Of a DNA stretch of 18,752 nucleotides, positions 8,712-16,722 are shown piece after piece (the first letter of the stretch is position 1; each line of letters opens with the position of its first letter). Made by a program: the position numbers and the translations under genes. This stretch comes from Fidelibacterota bacterium. GTDB lineage: Bacteria; Fidelibacterota; Marinisomatia; Marinisomatales; TCS55. The stretch covers positions 1-18,752 of the forward strand of contig JAPNQO010000040.1 of NCBI GenBank assembly GCA_027251445.1, read 5' to 3'. Under the pieces are notes generated by a model. That model did not search any database. It saw nothing but the letters and a program-made list of their open reading frames with translations, and was not told the origin of the DNA.

Positions 8712-9905
8712 ATGAATATAATTAAATATAGTTTTTTGACTGTTTTAATCTTCTTAGTGTCCTGTACAAATACTAAGGAAGATGTTGGCGGTAGTGTGAC
8801 TTTATTAGTTTCCACGAATGTTAGGGGTCAACTTGACCCCTGTGGATGAAAAAAGAATCCTCTAGGCGGTCTGTCTAGAAAGTCAACATACGTAAAACAA
8901 TTAAATAACGAAGGAAAAAATGTTGTCATCCTTGATGCAGGAGACTTGTTATTTAATAATTCTTCATTAGTTGATGTACAAAGAGAAGCGGATATCTTAC
9001 GGGCGAAAGCAGTTATTAAAGGATATGAAACAATAGGGTGTGATGTGGTTAATGTTGGCGGCTTTGATTTGGCTGCTGGATTAGAATATCTTCAGCAAGT
9101 TATTGATAGTACGAACATACCATTTATTTCAGCTAATATTATAGATTCTAGGACCAACCAAAAACTTTTCCCTCCACATCATATCATTGAGAATGATGGT
9201 ATTTCAATTGGTATTATTGGTTTAACAAATTTAATCCCATCTCATACAGACAAAGTAAAGGTTGAAGATTTTATTACAGTTGGAAAAGCGCAAATAGATG
9301 AATTACGAAATAAAGTTGATATTGTTGTAGTACTTGCAAATGTTAACAGAGATAAAAATGAAGAAATGAATGAAGAATTCAGTGATGCAGATTATATTTT
9401 TGTAAGTAGAAATACTACAAGAACTAGACCAGGGACAGAACAGCCATTACAAGGTCCATTTACTTACGGAAGTAATATCCAGGGAAAATATTTGGCTCAA
9501 ATTGATATTAACCTAACAAAAGTTGATTCTCCTCTTGTAGATGTATCAAGTATGCATACTCAAATTGATAATATTGATAAACGCCTAGAAAGATTCCAGA
9601 ATAAAGATCCAAAAAAATCAATGGAAGATATTTATGCTGATCAGCCTCGAATAATAAAATTGATTGACGAGTTAAGAACTAACCGTGAAGCGTATGAAAA
9701 TAATATTCAATTAGCTAAAAATACATCTTCATATAAGAGCGTCTCATTATCAAGAAAAATTGATGATGATCAAGAGATGCTTGCGTACGTTAATGATGTT
9801 CTACAACAGTGTGAAAAAGTCACTAAAGTTAAAACTAAGAAAAATTTATTAAAGCATTCTCCAGAATTTAAAAAGAATTGGAAAAAAGGAATTAAATCTA
9901 AATGA
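8712..9905 (+). CDS. UshA/5'-nucleotidase-like lipoprotein, probable selenoprotein (Sec46 in CGU)
   Basis: ATG 8712 gives MNIIKYSFLTVLIFLVSC (lipobox)...STNVRGQLDPCG-TGA(8847-8849)-KKNPLGGLSRK...LDAGDL, in frame with the track ORF 8946-9905; 397 aa. A SECIS-like hairpin follows the TGA. Confidence 0.87.
8861..8879 (+). promoter_or_regulatory. Bacterial SECIS-like hairpin
   Basis: TCTAGGC-GGTCT-GTCTAGA: 7-bp stem with one G:U and a G-leading apical loop. The stem starts 11 nt and the loop 18 nt after the TGA. Confidence 0.72.
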
Positions 9906-10378
9906 ATGTAAGGTTGCCATTTGTTCAGGTATTCATTTTAATTGTTTTTTCATCATTATTTAGTTTTCTATTAAATGGTCTTCGATCCAATGGAATTCCT
10001 TTGCTTGCAAAAGAACTTGCTGTAGCAGATAAAGTTGAAATTAAAGTAAGTGAACCTCAGTTATTAGCCATCACAATAGAACAAGCGCTTGAGCTTTATA
10101 ATAAAGGCACGGTGTTTATTGATGCCAGAGAGCCAGAATATTTTGAAGATGGTCATATCAAGGGTGCCTGGAATATTCCTTTCTTTTTCGAACTAATGTT
10201 TAAGCTTGATAGCCTTCAAGGCAAAGATAGTCCTGTGGTGCTTTATTGTAGTGGTGATGAATGTGGTTCAAGTGAAGACTTGGCATATGAATTACAGGGG
10301 GAAGGCTTTACTAATTTATATGTTTTTAAAGGTGGATGGACCAAATGGAGTGAAAATGGCCACCCTATAGGACCATGA
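9902..10378 (+). CDS. Membrane-anchored rhodanese-like domain protein
   Basis: N-terminal TM; FIDAR, GHIKGA, YCSGDEC active loop, FKGGW; ATGA overlap with the upstream gene. Confidence 0.9.
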   Translation: MNVRLPFVQVFILIVFSSLFSFLLNGLRSNGIPLLAKELAVADKVEIKVSEPQLLAITIEQALELYNKGTVFIDAREPEYFEDGHIKGAWNIPFFFELMFKLDSLQGKDSPVVLYCSGDECGSSEDLAYELQGEGFTNLYVFKGGWTKWSENGHPIGP

Positions 10379-10830
10379 TTAATTTATCACAACGTTCATT
10401 ACTTGCTTTATTTTCAAGAATAGTACTTGGAGTAGTCTTAATTTATGCAAGTATAGATAAAATTATTCACCCTGAAGCGTTTGCAAAATTAATTGGAAAT
10501 TATAATGTATTACCTTTTGGTTTAGAAAATGTTGTTGCAATAATCCTTCCCACTTTAGAACTAATTGTAGGTTGTTGCCTTATTTTAGGTATTATGCTTG
10601 ATGGATCTGCAATAATTACTGCTGGAATGATGATTGTTTTCATTTTTGCTTTATCACAGGCAATGATCCGTGGAATTGATGTTAGTTGTGGTTGTTTTAA
10701 TGTGTCTGAAGCTGAAGAAGGAAGTCAAATTGGTTTTAGAAGGATTATTGAAGATATTATATTTTTAGGATTATCAATTATGCTGCTTAATCGTGGTGAA
10801 AGAAAGTGGGAATTATATCCTAAAACTTAA
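10375..10830 (+). CDS. MauE/DoxX family redox-associated membrane protein
   Basis: RIVLG..IYASIDKI, LPTLEL, RGIDVSCGCF; four TM segments; ATGA overlap. Confidence 0.88.
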   Translation: MINLSQRSLLALFSRIVLGVVLIYASIDKIIHPEAFAKLIGNYNVLPFGLENVVAIILPTLELIVGCCLILGIMLDGSAIITAGMMIVFIFALSQAMIRGIDVSCGCFNVSEAEEGSQIGFRRIIEDIIFLGLSIMLLNRGERKWELYPKT

Positions 10831-10859
10831 TTGACTCGATAATAAGCACTGTATAAATT
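10831..10859 (+). promoter_or_regulatory. Putative sigma70 promoter of tRNA-Gly
   Basis: TTGACT-17 nt-TAAATT ending 19 nt before the tRNA. Confidence 0.55.
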
Positions 10860-10878
10860 CAAACTGCTTTTTATAAAT

Positions 10879-10951
<73 letters not shown>

Positions 10952-10957
10952 CAGAGA

Positions 10958-10992
10958 AGAAACCCCTGTTTTATAACGGGGGTTTTCTTTTT
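10958..10992 (+). terminator. Rho-independent terminator after tRNA-Gly
   Basis: AAACCCCTGTT-TTAT-AACGGGGGTTT followed by TCTTTTT. Confidence 0.85.
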
Positions 10993-11064
10993 CTAGGCTT
11001 TTCCAAAGTTATCATACGTAATCAATTATATATTAAATATATGCTAATAGTGGACACCCAAAGA

Positions 11065-11101
11065 GTTTCTAGACATTTAGGACTACTACTTTGTAATATT
11101 G
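11065..11101 (+). repeat. 37-bp promoter-like repeat, copy 1
   Basis: GTTTCTAGACATTTAGGACTACTACTTTGTAATATTG; TAGACA-18 nt-TAATAT. Confidence 0.9.
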
Positions 11102-11120
11102 GGTAAATTGGAGGTTTTTT

Positions 11121-12377
11121 ATGAAGAAATTATTATTTATCCTTCCGTTGCTAATATTAATTAGTTGTGAAGAGACAGAAGAATCAGATATAGACCTAGG
11201 TGATTACCATCTTTTCACTGCTACTTTTGAAGAAGGAGAATTAGATGATAATGCAACTTCTTTTATCTTTATTTCAGATAATGAGGGAAATGTACTAGCT
11301 GATTCAAGCTTTATTGGCACTGCTTCATTTGAATTATTTGCGGATACAAGTTTAAGTCCACCTACTGGCAAGATAGGTGTTACTATTCTGACTAAACATG
11401 ATGGTGAATACTTTGATATTCAAACAAATTTAGGCATAGATAGGGGTTCCGAATGGACTTGGCATAATCCCCATTATGAGCCAGAAGTAATTGGTCAATC
11501 ATATTATACTTTTATCAATTTACCTGATGACTTGATTCGTGTAATTATTTCATCAAATGGTCATTATGAAAGGACATCTAATATTAATAATGATGATACA
11601 TATGAAGTATCTCATTATGAAAATTTAGAAGATGTTTTGATTATGGGTTTACTAAACGATGGTACAGCAATTTATAAATTCGTTCAAGACGTTTCAGCAG
11701 GTGAAACACATTCGATTGATTTTAGTGGATTTTCAGTTGCTAATCAGATAATTATGAATAATAATACGGATTTAAATTATGATTATTCAATCCTCTATGG
11801 ATACGACTCCAATGATTCATTTATTTCATATAAACGCCACAGATTAAACCATGGTGATTTTGGGGAAGGAGTATCTTGGGATTCAAATCAAAATTTTATT
11901 TTTAATTATCCACCAGAATTTGGAAAATTTAGAACTTCAGCATATGTTGGTGATGATTGGGGTACCGCAGGGGGAAAAAATTGGTATCAATCAACCGTAG
12001 GAGAAATTCCTACAACATTTGAAAAATATGATGTAGATATATCTGTTATCAATTCTGAAATAAATAATTTTGAAGTAAATCTGACTGGTACCTGCGACCA
12101 ATGGAGTATGAACTTAAGTAATTCTGAAATTAGTGGAGATTGGGTTGTTTATATAAATCCAAGTATAAATAATGGAAAATTACCATTATTCCCAATATCA
12201 ATATCCAATGAGTACCCTGAACTTTTACGAGAAGATTTTATTATGAATAGAGTGGTAGTTACTGATTGGCTTTGTGCAGAGAATCAAGAAGAATGGCATA
12301 ATTTATATTTTAACACTGCTGGTTACTATCTTGATTTTTGTTCTGGATATCGAAACCTAATCCATTGGTTGGATTAA
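11121..12377 (+). CDS. Hypothetical acidic lipoprotein
   Basis: 418 aa; MKKLLFILPLLILISC lipobox; GGAGG SD; no family recognised. Confidence 0.85.
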   Translation: MKKLLFILPLLILISCEETEESDIDLGDYHLFTATFEEGELDDNATSFIFISDNEGNVLADSSFIGTASFELFADTSLSPPTGKIGVTILTKHDGEYFDIQTNLGIDRGSEWTWHNPHYEPEVIGQSYYTFINLPDDLIRVIISSNGHYERTSNINNDDTYEVSHYENLEDVLIMGLLNDGTAIYKFVQDVSAGETHSIDFSGFSVANQIIMNNNTDLNYDYSILYGYDSNDSFISYKRHRLNHGDFGEGVSWDSNQNFIFNYPPEFGKFRTSAYVGDDWGTAGGKNWYQSTVGEIPTTFEKYDVDISVINSEINNFEVNLTGTCDQWSMNLSNSEISGDWVVYINPSINNGKLPLFPISISNEYPELLREDFIMNRVVVTDWLCAENQEEWHNLYFNTAGYYLDFCSGYRNLIHWLD

Positions 12378-12395
12378 TAATTTTATAAATACATC

Positions 12396-12422
12396 AAGCC
12401 CCGCCAAGTAGTGGGGTTTTTT
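12396..12422 (+). terminator. Repeated terminator, copy A
   Basis: AAGCCCCGC-CAAGTA-GTGGGGTTT plus T-tract, running directly into the promoter repeat. Confidence 0.85.
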
Positions 12423-12457
12423 GTTTCTAGACATTTAGTACTGGCGGTACGTACATT
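12423..12457 (+). repeat. Promoter-like repeat, copy 2 (diverged 3' half)
   Basis: GTTTCTAGACATTTAGTACT, then divergent, but keeps TAGACA-18 nt-TACATT. Confidence 0.75.
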
Positions 12458-12467
12458 TAATATTAAT

Positions 12468-12929
12468 ATGATTGCTTATTTATCAGGACCAATTGAAAAT
12501 GCCCACAATGATGGAGCAGATTGGAGAAGTAATATTACTGAATGGTTAGAAACTAAACTTAATCATAAAGTATTCAACCCTGTCATTGCAACGAAAAGCA
12601 TTATTGAACATCATAACACCAGTGATTTTAGATTGATGAAAAAAACGAATCCTAATGAATATAAAAAAATAATTAGAAAAATAATTAAAGTTGATTTAGA
12701 TGCTGTAGTGCATAAGTCGGATTATTTAATTGTAAAATGGGATGAATCAGTTTTTAAAGGCGGTGGAACTCACGGAGAAGTCACAATGGCTTACTGGCTT
12801 GGAAAGCCTGTATTCCTTGTAAACATGTTGCCTATAGATGATATAAGTTCTTGGATATTTTCTTGTTCAGAGCACATTTTCAACAACTTTGAAGATTTAA
12901 AGAAAAAACTAGAAGAACTATATTGCTGA
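12468..12929 (+). CDS. Nucleoside 2-deoxyribosyltransferase-like protein
   Basis: YLSGPI...WR...VFNP...DL...SD...GGTHGE...GKPV. True start is ATG 12468; the track's GTG 12411 lies within the terminator. Confidence 0.75.
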   Translation: MIAYLSGPIENAHNDGADWRSNITEWLETKLNHKVFNPVIATKSIIEHHNTSDFRLMKKTNPNEYKKIIRKIIKVDLDAVVHKSDYLIVKWDESVFKGGGTHGEVTMAYWLGKPVFLVNMLPIDDISSWIFSCSEHIFNNFEDLKKKLEELYC

Positions 12930-12936
12930 TTCAAAT

Positions 12937-12960
12937 AGCCCCACATTCGTGGGGTTTTTT
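12937..12960 (+). terminator. Repeated terminator, copy B
   Basis: AGCCCCAC-ATTC-GTGGGGTT plus TTTT. Confidence 0.88.
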
Positions 12961-12997
12961 GTTTCTAGACATTTAGGGCTACTGCTTTGTAATATTG
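12961..12997 (+). repeat. 37-bp promoter-like repeat, copy 3
   Basis: GTTTCTAGACATTTAGGGCTACTGCTTTGTAATATTG (35/37 identical to copy 1). Confidence 0.9.
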
Positions 12998-13053
12998 AAT
13001 TTTATAATTACAAAGTTGATTTTAAACTAAATAAAAATTAAAGTTCTAAATAA

Positions 13054-14940
13054 ATGATTCGTCTTGAAAAATTATCCAAATCTTTCCCTGATGGAGATCT
13101 GTTTAATAATGTAAATGTATCTATCAAACCGGGGATGCGTATCGGCCTTATTGGGCCGAATGGATCCGGAAAAACTACATTGCTCCGTATAATGTTGGGG
13201 AAAGAATCGCCGGATTCTGGAAATGTACACGTTGATAAATCCACCACAATCGGATATCTTGCACAGGATATTGTGGCCGGTACTGGCCGATCCATATTAG
13301 AAGAAGTGTTGGTTTCTTATCCGGAAGTCCGTGAGTTGGAAGGAAAGATGCTTGCTTTATCCGAAGCTATTTCCAAAGACCATAACAATATGGATTTGGT
13401 GAATAAATTGGGCGATGCACAGCATCGGTTTGAAGCTTTGGGTGGTTGGAATCTTGAAGATAAGGCAAAAAAGATTTTAAGTGGACTTGGGTTTGCCGAT
13501 GAAAAATTTACTGAACCTATGGATGTTTTTAGTGGTGGTTGGCGAATGCGCGTAGCTTTGGCATCTATTCTCTTACAGCAACCGGATATTCTTTTTCTTG
13601 ATGAGCCTACAAACCATTTAGATTTGGAAGCAACCATCTGGTTGGAATCTTTTTTAGCAAATTGGAAAGGCGGGATGGTTATGATTAGCCATGACCGGAC
13701 ATTTTTAGATCGATCCATAAATAATATCCTTGAAATTGATCTTAAAAAAATTACGCTGTACCATGGCAACTATACAAAATATACTGAAGAAAAAGCATTA
13801 CGTATTGAACAGCATAGGAATGCCTTTCGGAATCAGCAAAAACAAATTAAAGATACGGAACGGTTTATAGAACGGTTTCGATCAAAAAATACCAAAGCAA
13901 CCCAAGTTCAAAGTCGGGTAAAAATGCTGGATAAAATGGAAAAGATTGAAGCACCCACAAAACAAAACCATTCCATGAATTTGAGATTGCCCCAGCCGAG
14001 CCGATCGTTGTTGAATGTGGCATCTTGCAGGAATGTGACTAAGCACTATGGCGATATTGAAGTTTTTAACAATTTAGATATGGTGGTAGAACGAGGGCAA
14101 AAAATTGGACTAGTTGGCCATAATGGCGCCGGTAAATCGACTTTATTGAAAATACTGGCAGGTGTGGAATCTGTAACATCCGGCGCTGTCCGAATAGGCT
14201 CCAGCGTGGTTAGTGCTTACTATGCCCAGCATCAATTGGAAATATTAAATCCCAATGAAACAGTTTTTGAATCAATCCAAAAAGTAAGCCAAGGGTGGAG
14301 TGAAACGGAAATGAGAACTTACCTAGGCAGTTTCATGTTTTCCGGAGATGAGATAGAAAAATATGTAAAAGTGCTTTCTGGTGGTGAAAAAGCACGAGTG
14401 GCCTTGGCAAGAATGTTGGTTCAGCCATTTCATTTACTCTTGTTAGATGAGCCTACAAACCATTTGGATATGATGACTCGAAATGTTGTAGAACGTGCGT
14501 TAGTCCAATTCTCCGGCTCCATTGTTTGTATTTCACATGATCGTCACTTTTTAAATAATGTAACCAATCTTACTTGCGAAGTTGGGAATGGTGGCATCCG
14601 ATTATTTGAAGGGAATTACGAATATTACAAGTGGAAAAAACAAGATGAAAAACAAAGTAAATCTGAAACATCAAAAGTTAAGGTTGAACCAAAAGAAAAA
14701 TCCGATTATAAAGAACGGAAAAAGATTAGGAATCGTTTAAATTGGATTGAAAAACGATTTACAACTATTGATAAGGAGATTAAAATAGAACGAGCATTAA
14801 CTAAAAACCCTGATCATGTTGATGATTATGAAATGCTTGAACGAACACTAAAAAAAATTAATATATTAGAACAAGAATATTTGGATTTGATGGAAGAGCA
14901 GGAGCTTCTTCATTCTAATCATTTGCTTACTTCGTTATAA
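13054..14940 (+). CDS. ABC-F family ATPase
   Basis: Two NBDs (GPNGSGKT, FSGGW, LDEPTNHLD; GHNGAGKS, LSGGE, LDEPTNHLD), no TM segments, C-terminal coiled coil. Confidence 0.96.
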   Translation: MIRLEKLSKSFPDGDLFNNVNVSIKPGMRIGLIGPNGSGKTTLLRIMLGKESPDSGNVHVDKSTTIGYLAQDIVAGTGRSILEEVLVSYPEVRELEGKMLALSEAISKDHNNMDLVNKLGDAQHRFEALGGWNLEDKAKKILSGLGFADEKFTEPMDVFSGGWRMRVALASILLQQPDILFLDEPTNHLDLEATIWLESFLANWKGGMVMISHDRTFLDRSINNILEIDLKKITLYHGNYTKYTEEKALRIEQHRNAFRNQQKQIKDTERFIERFRSKNTKATQVQSRVKMLDKMEKIEAPTKQNHSMNLRLPQPSRSLLNVASCRNVTKHYGDIEVFNNLDMVVERGQKIGLVGHNGAGKSTLLKILAGVESVTSGAVRIGSSVVSAYYAQHQLEILNPNETVFESIQKVSQGWSETEMRTYLGSFMFSGDEIEKYVKVLSGGEKARVALARMLVQPFHLLLLDEPTNHLDMMTRNVVERALVQFSGSIVCISHDRHFLNNVTNLTCEVGNGGIRLFEGNYEYYKWKKQDEKQSKSETSKVKVEPKEKSDYKERKKIRNRLNWIEKRFTTIDKEIKIERALTKNPDHVDDYEMLERTLKKINILEQEYLDLMEEQELLHSNHLLTSL

Positions 14941-15079
14941 ATTGATTATCCACCTATAACTATAATAACCTATGAAGACTTCAAAGTTTTATTGTAAATG
15001 TTATTGATTATCTTTTTTCAACTAAAAAGTAAGTGAGAAACTTCTTCATAGACTATTGCCAATAATTAACACTTTTTTT

Positions 15080-15116
15080 GTTTCTAGACATTTAGGACTA
15101 CTGCTTTGTAATATTG
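15080..15116 (+). repeat. 37-bp promoter-like repeat, copy 4
   Basis: GTTTCTAGACATTTAGGACTACTGCTTTGTAATATTG (36/37 to copies 1 and 3); preceded by the TTTTTTT tail but no hairpin. Confidence 0.9.
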
Positions 15117-15121
15117 CAAAT

Positions 15122-15367
15122 ATGGCAAAAATAACAAAAGAATGGATTGTAATTGGAAATTATGATGGCTCGATATTGGCTGAAATGGCAAAAGGTATTT
15201 TAACTGAAAATGATATTCCTTGTTACATAAAAGGAGATTTTTTTAGTACTGCTTACAATATTAATGCATTGAGTATGCCAGGTGGCTCTGTGAAATTATA
15301 TATTCCAAAAGCATTTAAGACAAAAGCAGAAGAGTTAATAAAGGATATTATCCCCTCAAATGAGTAG
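15122..15367 (+). CDS. DUF2007-like (putative signal-transducing) small protein
   Basis: W...AEMAKGILTENDIPCYIK...VKLYIP...AEELI; 81 aa from ATG 15122. The track start 15056 translates through the repeat. Confidence 0.75.
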   Translation: MAKITKEWIVIGNYDGSILAEMAKGILTENDIPCYIKGDFFSTAYNINALSMPGGSVKLYIPKAFKTKAEELIKDIIPSNE

Positions 15368-15373
15368 AATATT

Positions 15374-15407
15374 GTTTCTAGTTTAGGACTACTACTTTGT
15401 AATATTG
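15374..15407 (+). repeat. Promoter-like repeat, copy 5 (ACA deleted)
   Basis: GTTTCTAG---TTTAGGACTACTACTTTGTAATATTG. Confidence 0.88.
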
Positions 15408-15412
15408 CTATT

Positions 15413-15436
15413 ATGAAGCGATTCTGGCTCAGATAA
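15413..15436 (+). pseudogene. Degenerate signal-peptide repeat / mini-ORF MKRFWLR*
   Basis: ATGAAGCGATTCTGGCTCA is 15/19 identical to ATGAAACGCCTCTGGGTCA. Confidence 0.55.
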
Positions 15437-15447
15437 AGGACAATAGA

Positions 15448-15543
15448 ATGAATGAGAAATTAAAGATAGTATTTGCAGCGTTATTTATGGTAGCAGGAGT
15501 TTCGTTTTTAGCATGGACCATATACGATACTTTTTTCAAGTAG
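15448..15543 (+). CDS. 31-aa single-TM small protein
   Basis: MNEKLKIVFAALFMVAGVSFLAWTIYDTFFK; AAGGA SD upstream; exactly fills the gap. Not in the ORF track. Confidence 0.55.
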   Translation: MNEKLKIVFAALFMVAGVSFLAWTIYDTFFK

Positions 15544-15549
15544 GATTAA

Positions 15550-15599
15550 ATGAAACGCCTCTGGGTCATATTATTTGTAATTCCCCTCTTTGCTCAAGA
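15550..15599 (+). repeat. 50-bp signal-peptide-coding repeat, copy 1
   Basis: 48/50 identical to 16673-16722. Confidence 0.95.
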
Positions 15600-16260
15600 A
15601 AATGAAAAAGAAGATTCATTTATTCAGAAGATGGAAGACAAAGCACAGATTCCCCATCCAAACGAAGCACCGGATCAATGGTTATTGGCCCATATAGATG
15701 TAGAAACCACGGGCTTACTTCCGGGCCATCATGAGATGATTGATGTGGGTATCGTTATGACCACTTTAGAAGGGGACATTTTAGACAGTTTATTTGTGCG
15801 TATTCAGCCTGCCAACCCGGAACGGTTATCGCCGGGAGCCAAGGCAGTGAATGCCTTTGATGCGGATCATTGGCAGAAGATGGGAGCGCTTCAACAATCG
15901 ATAGCGGTGGATAGTGTTATTGCATTTCACAAAAGAACTTCCGGGGGGAAACACGTTCTCATGGTTGCGTATAACTCTCATTTCGATGCAGCGTTCATGG
16001 ATCATCTATTCCGATCAGTCAATAAAACATGGCGGGATTTATATTATTATTTTATTCTGGATATTCCATCTATGGCGTGGGGCTTGGGCATTCAGGAATT
16101 AACCTCCAATTGGATTCGGGATCGTTATCAGGTGCCCGATGAACCCCATATTGCTGAAGAGCATACGGGCATCACTGGTGCCATGGTGAATGTGCGTATT
16201 TATAAGGCACTTCTACAGTACCGTCAGGATATCATGTCAAACGTTCCCAGCAAAAAATAA
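15550..16260 (+). CDS. DEDDh/DnaQ-like 3'-5' exonuclease-fold protein with signal peptide
   Basis: DVETTG (ExoI), YNSHFD (ExoII), HTGITG (ExoIII with Asp absent). Confidence 0.85.
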   Translation: MKRLWVILFVIPLFAQENEKEDSFIQKMEDKAQIPHPNEAPDQWLLAHIDVETTGLLPGHHEMIDVGIVMTTLEGDILDSLFVRIQPANPERLSPGAKAVNAFDADHWQKMGALQQSIAVDSVIAFHKRTSGGKHVLMVAYNSHFDAAFMDHLFRSVNKTWRDLYYYFILDIPSMAWGLGIQELTSNWIRDRYQVPDEPHIAEEHTGITGAMVNVRIYKALLQYRQDIMSNVPSKK

Positions 16261-16281
16261 TCAGGACTTGCAGGTAATACT

Positions 16282-16671
16282 ATGATATCCAATTCAGGAA
16301 AAGATAAGCTTTGTCCCTTTTGCCAATCTCTGGAAGTAGTTGCGGAACATAATTCTGTTTTCGCAATCAAGGATAATTATCCGGTGACGAAAGGTCATCA
16401 CTTAATCATACCATTCAGCCATACAGAAAATTATTTTTCAATGACAGATAAGGAAAGGGAAGATGCAACAGCATTGCTCAAAGCTTTAAAATCCAAGTTG
16501 GAAGAAGGGGATCCGACCATAACCGGTTTTAATATTGGCATGAATAGTGGAGAAACCGCAGGGCAAACGGTCATGCATTCCCATATTCATCTTATTCCTA
16601 GAAGAAAAGGTGATACACCTAATCCAAGAGGTGGTGTTAGGGGTGTAATCCCTAATAAAATGGATTACTAA
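16282..16671 (+). CDS. HIT family hydrolase
   Basis: CPFC, YPVTKGHHLIIP, AGQTVMHSHIHLIPR. Confidence 0.95.
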   Translation: MISNSGKDKLCPFCQSLEVVAEHNSVFAIKDNYPVTKGHHLIIPFSHTENYFSMTDKEREDATALLKALKSKLEEGDPTITGFNIGMNSGETAGQTVMHSHIHLIPRRKGDTPNPRGGVRGVIPNKMDY

Positions 16672-16672
16672 A

Positions 16673-16722
16673 ATGAAACGCCTCTGGGTCATATTATTTG
16701 TATTTCCACTCTTTGCTCAAGA
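16673..16722 (+). repeat. 50-bp signal-peptide-coding repeat, copy 2
   Basis: ATGAAACGCCTCTGGGTCATATTATTTGTATTTCCACTCTTTGCTCAAGA. Confidence 0.95.

Noticed and set aside
8847..8849. TGA as Trp/Gly (code 4/25) or as a pseudogene stop
   Set aside because: Other genes end in TGA with ATGA coupling and use TGG for Trp. The CxU context plus SECIS-like hairpin favours Sec.
11011..11038. dif/pdif-like site ATCATACGTAA-TCAATT-ATATATTAAAT
   Set aside because: The right arm is 9/11 to the XerD consensus, but the XerC arm is poor. It is single copy and plausible by chance in AT-rich DNA.
11065..15407. 37-bp GTTTC... repeats as a CRISPR array
   Set aside because: Copies are separated by whole genes (0.3-2.1 kb) rather than 25-45-bp spacers, and no cas genes are present.
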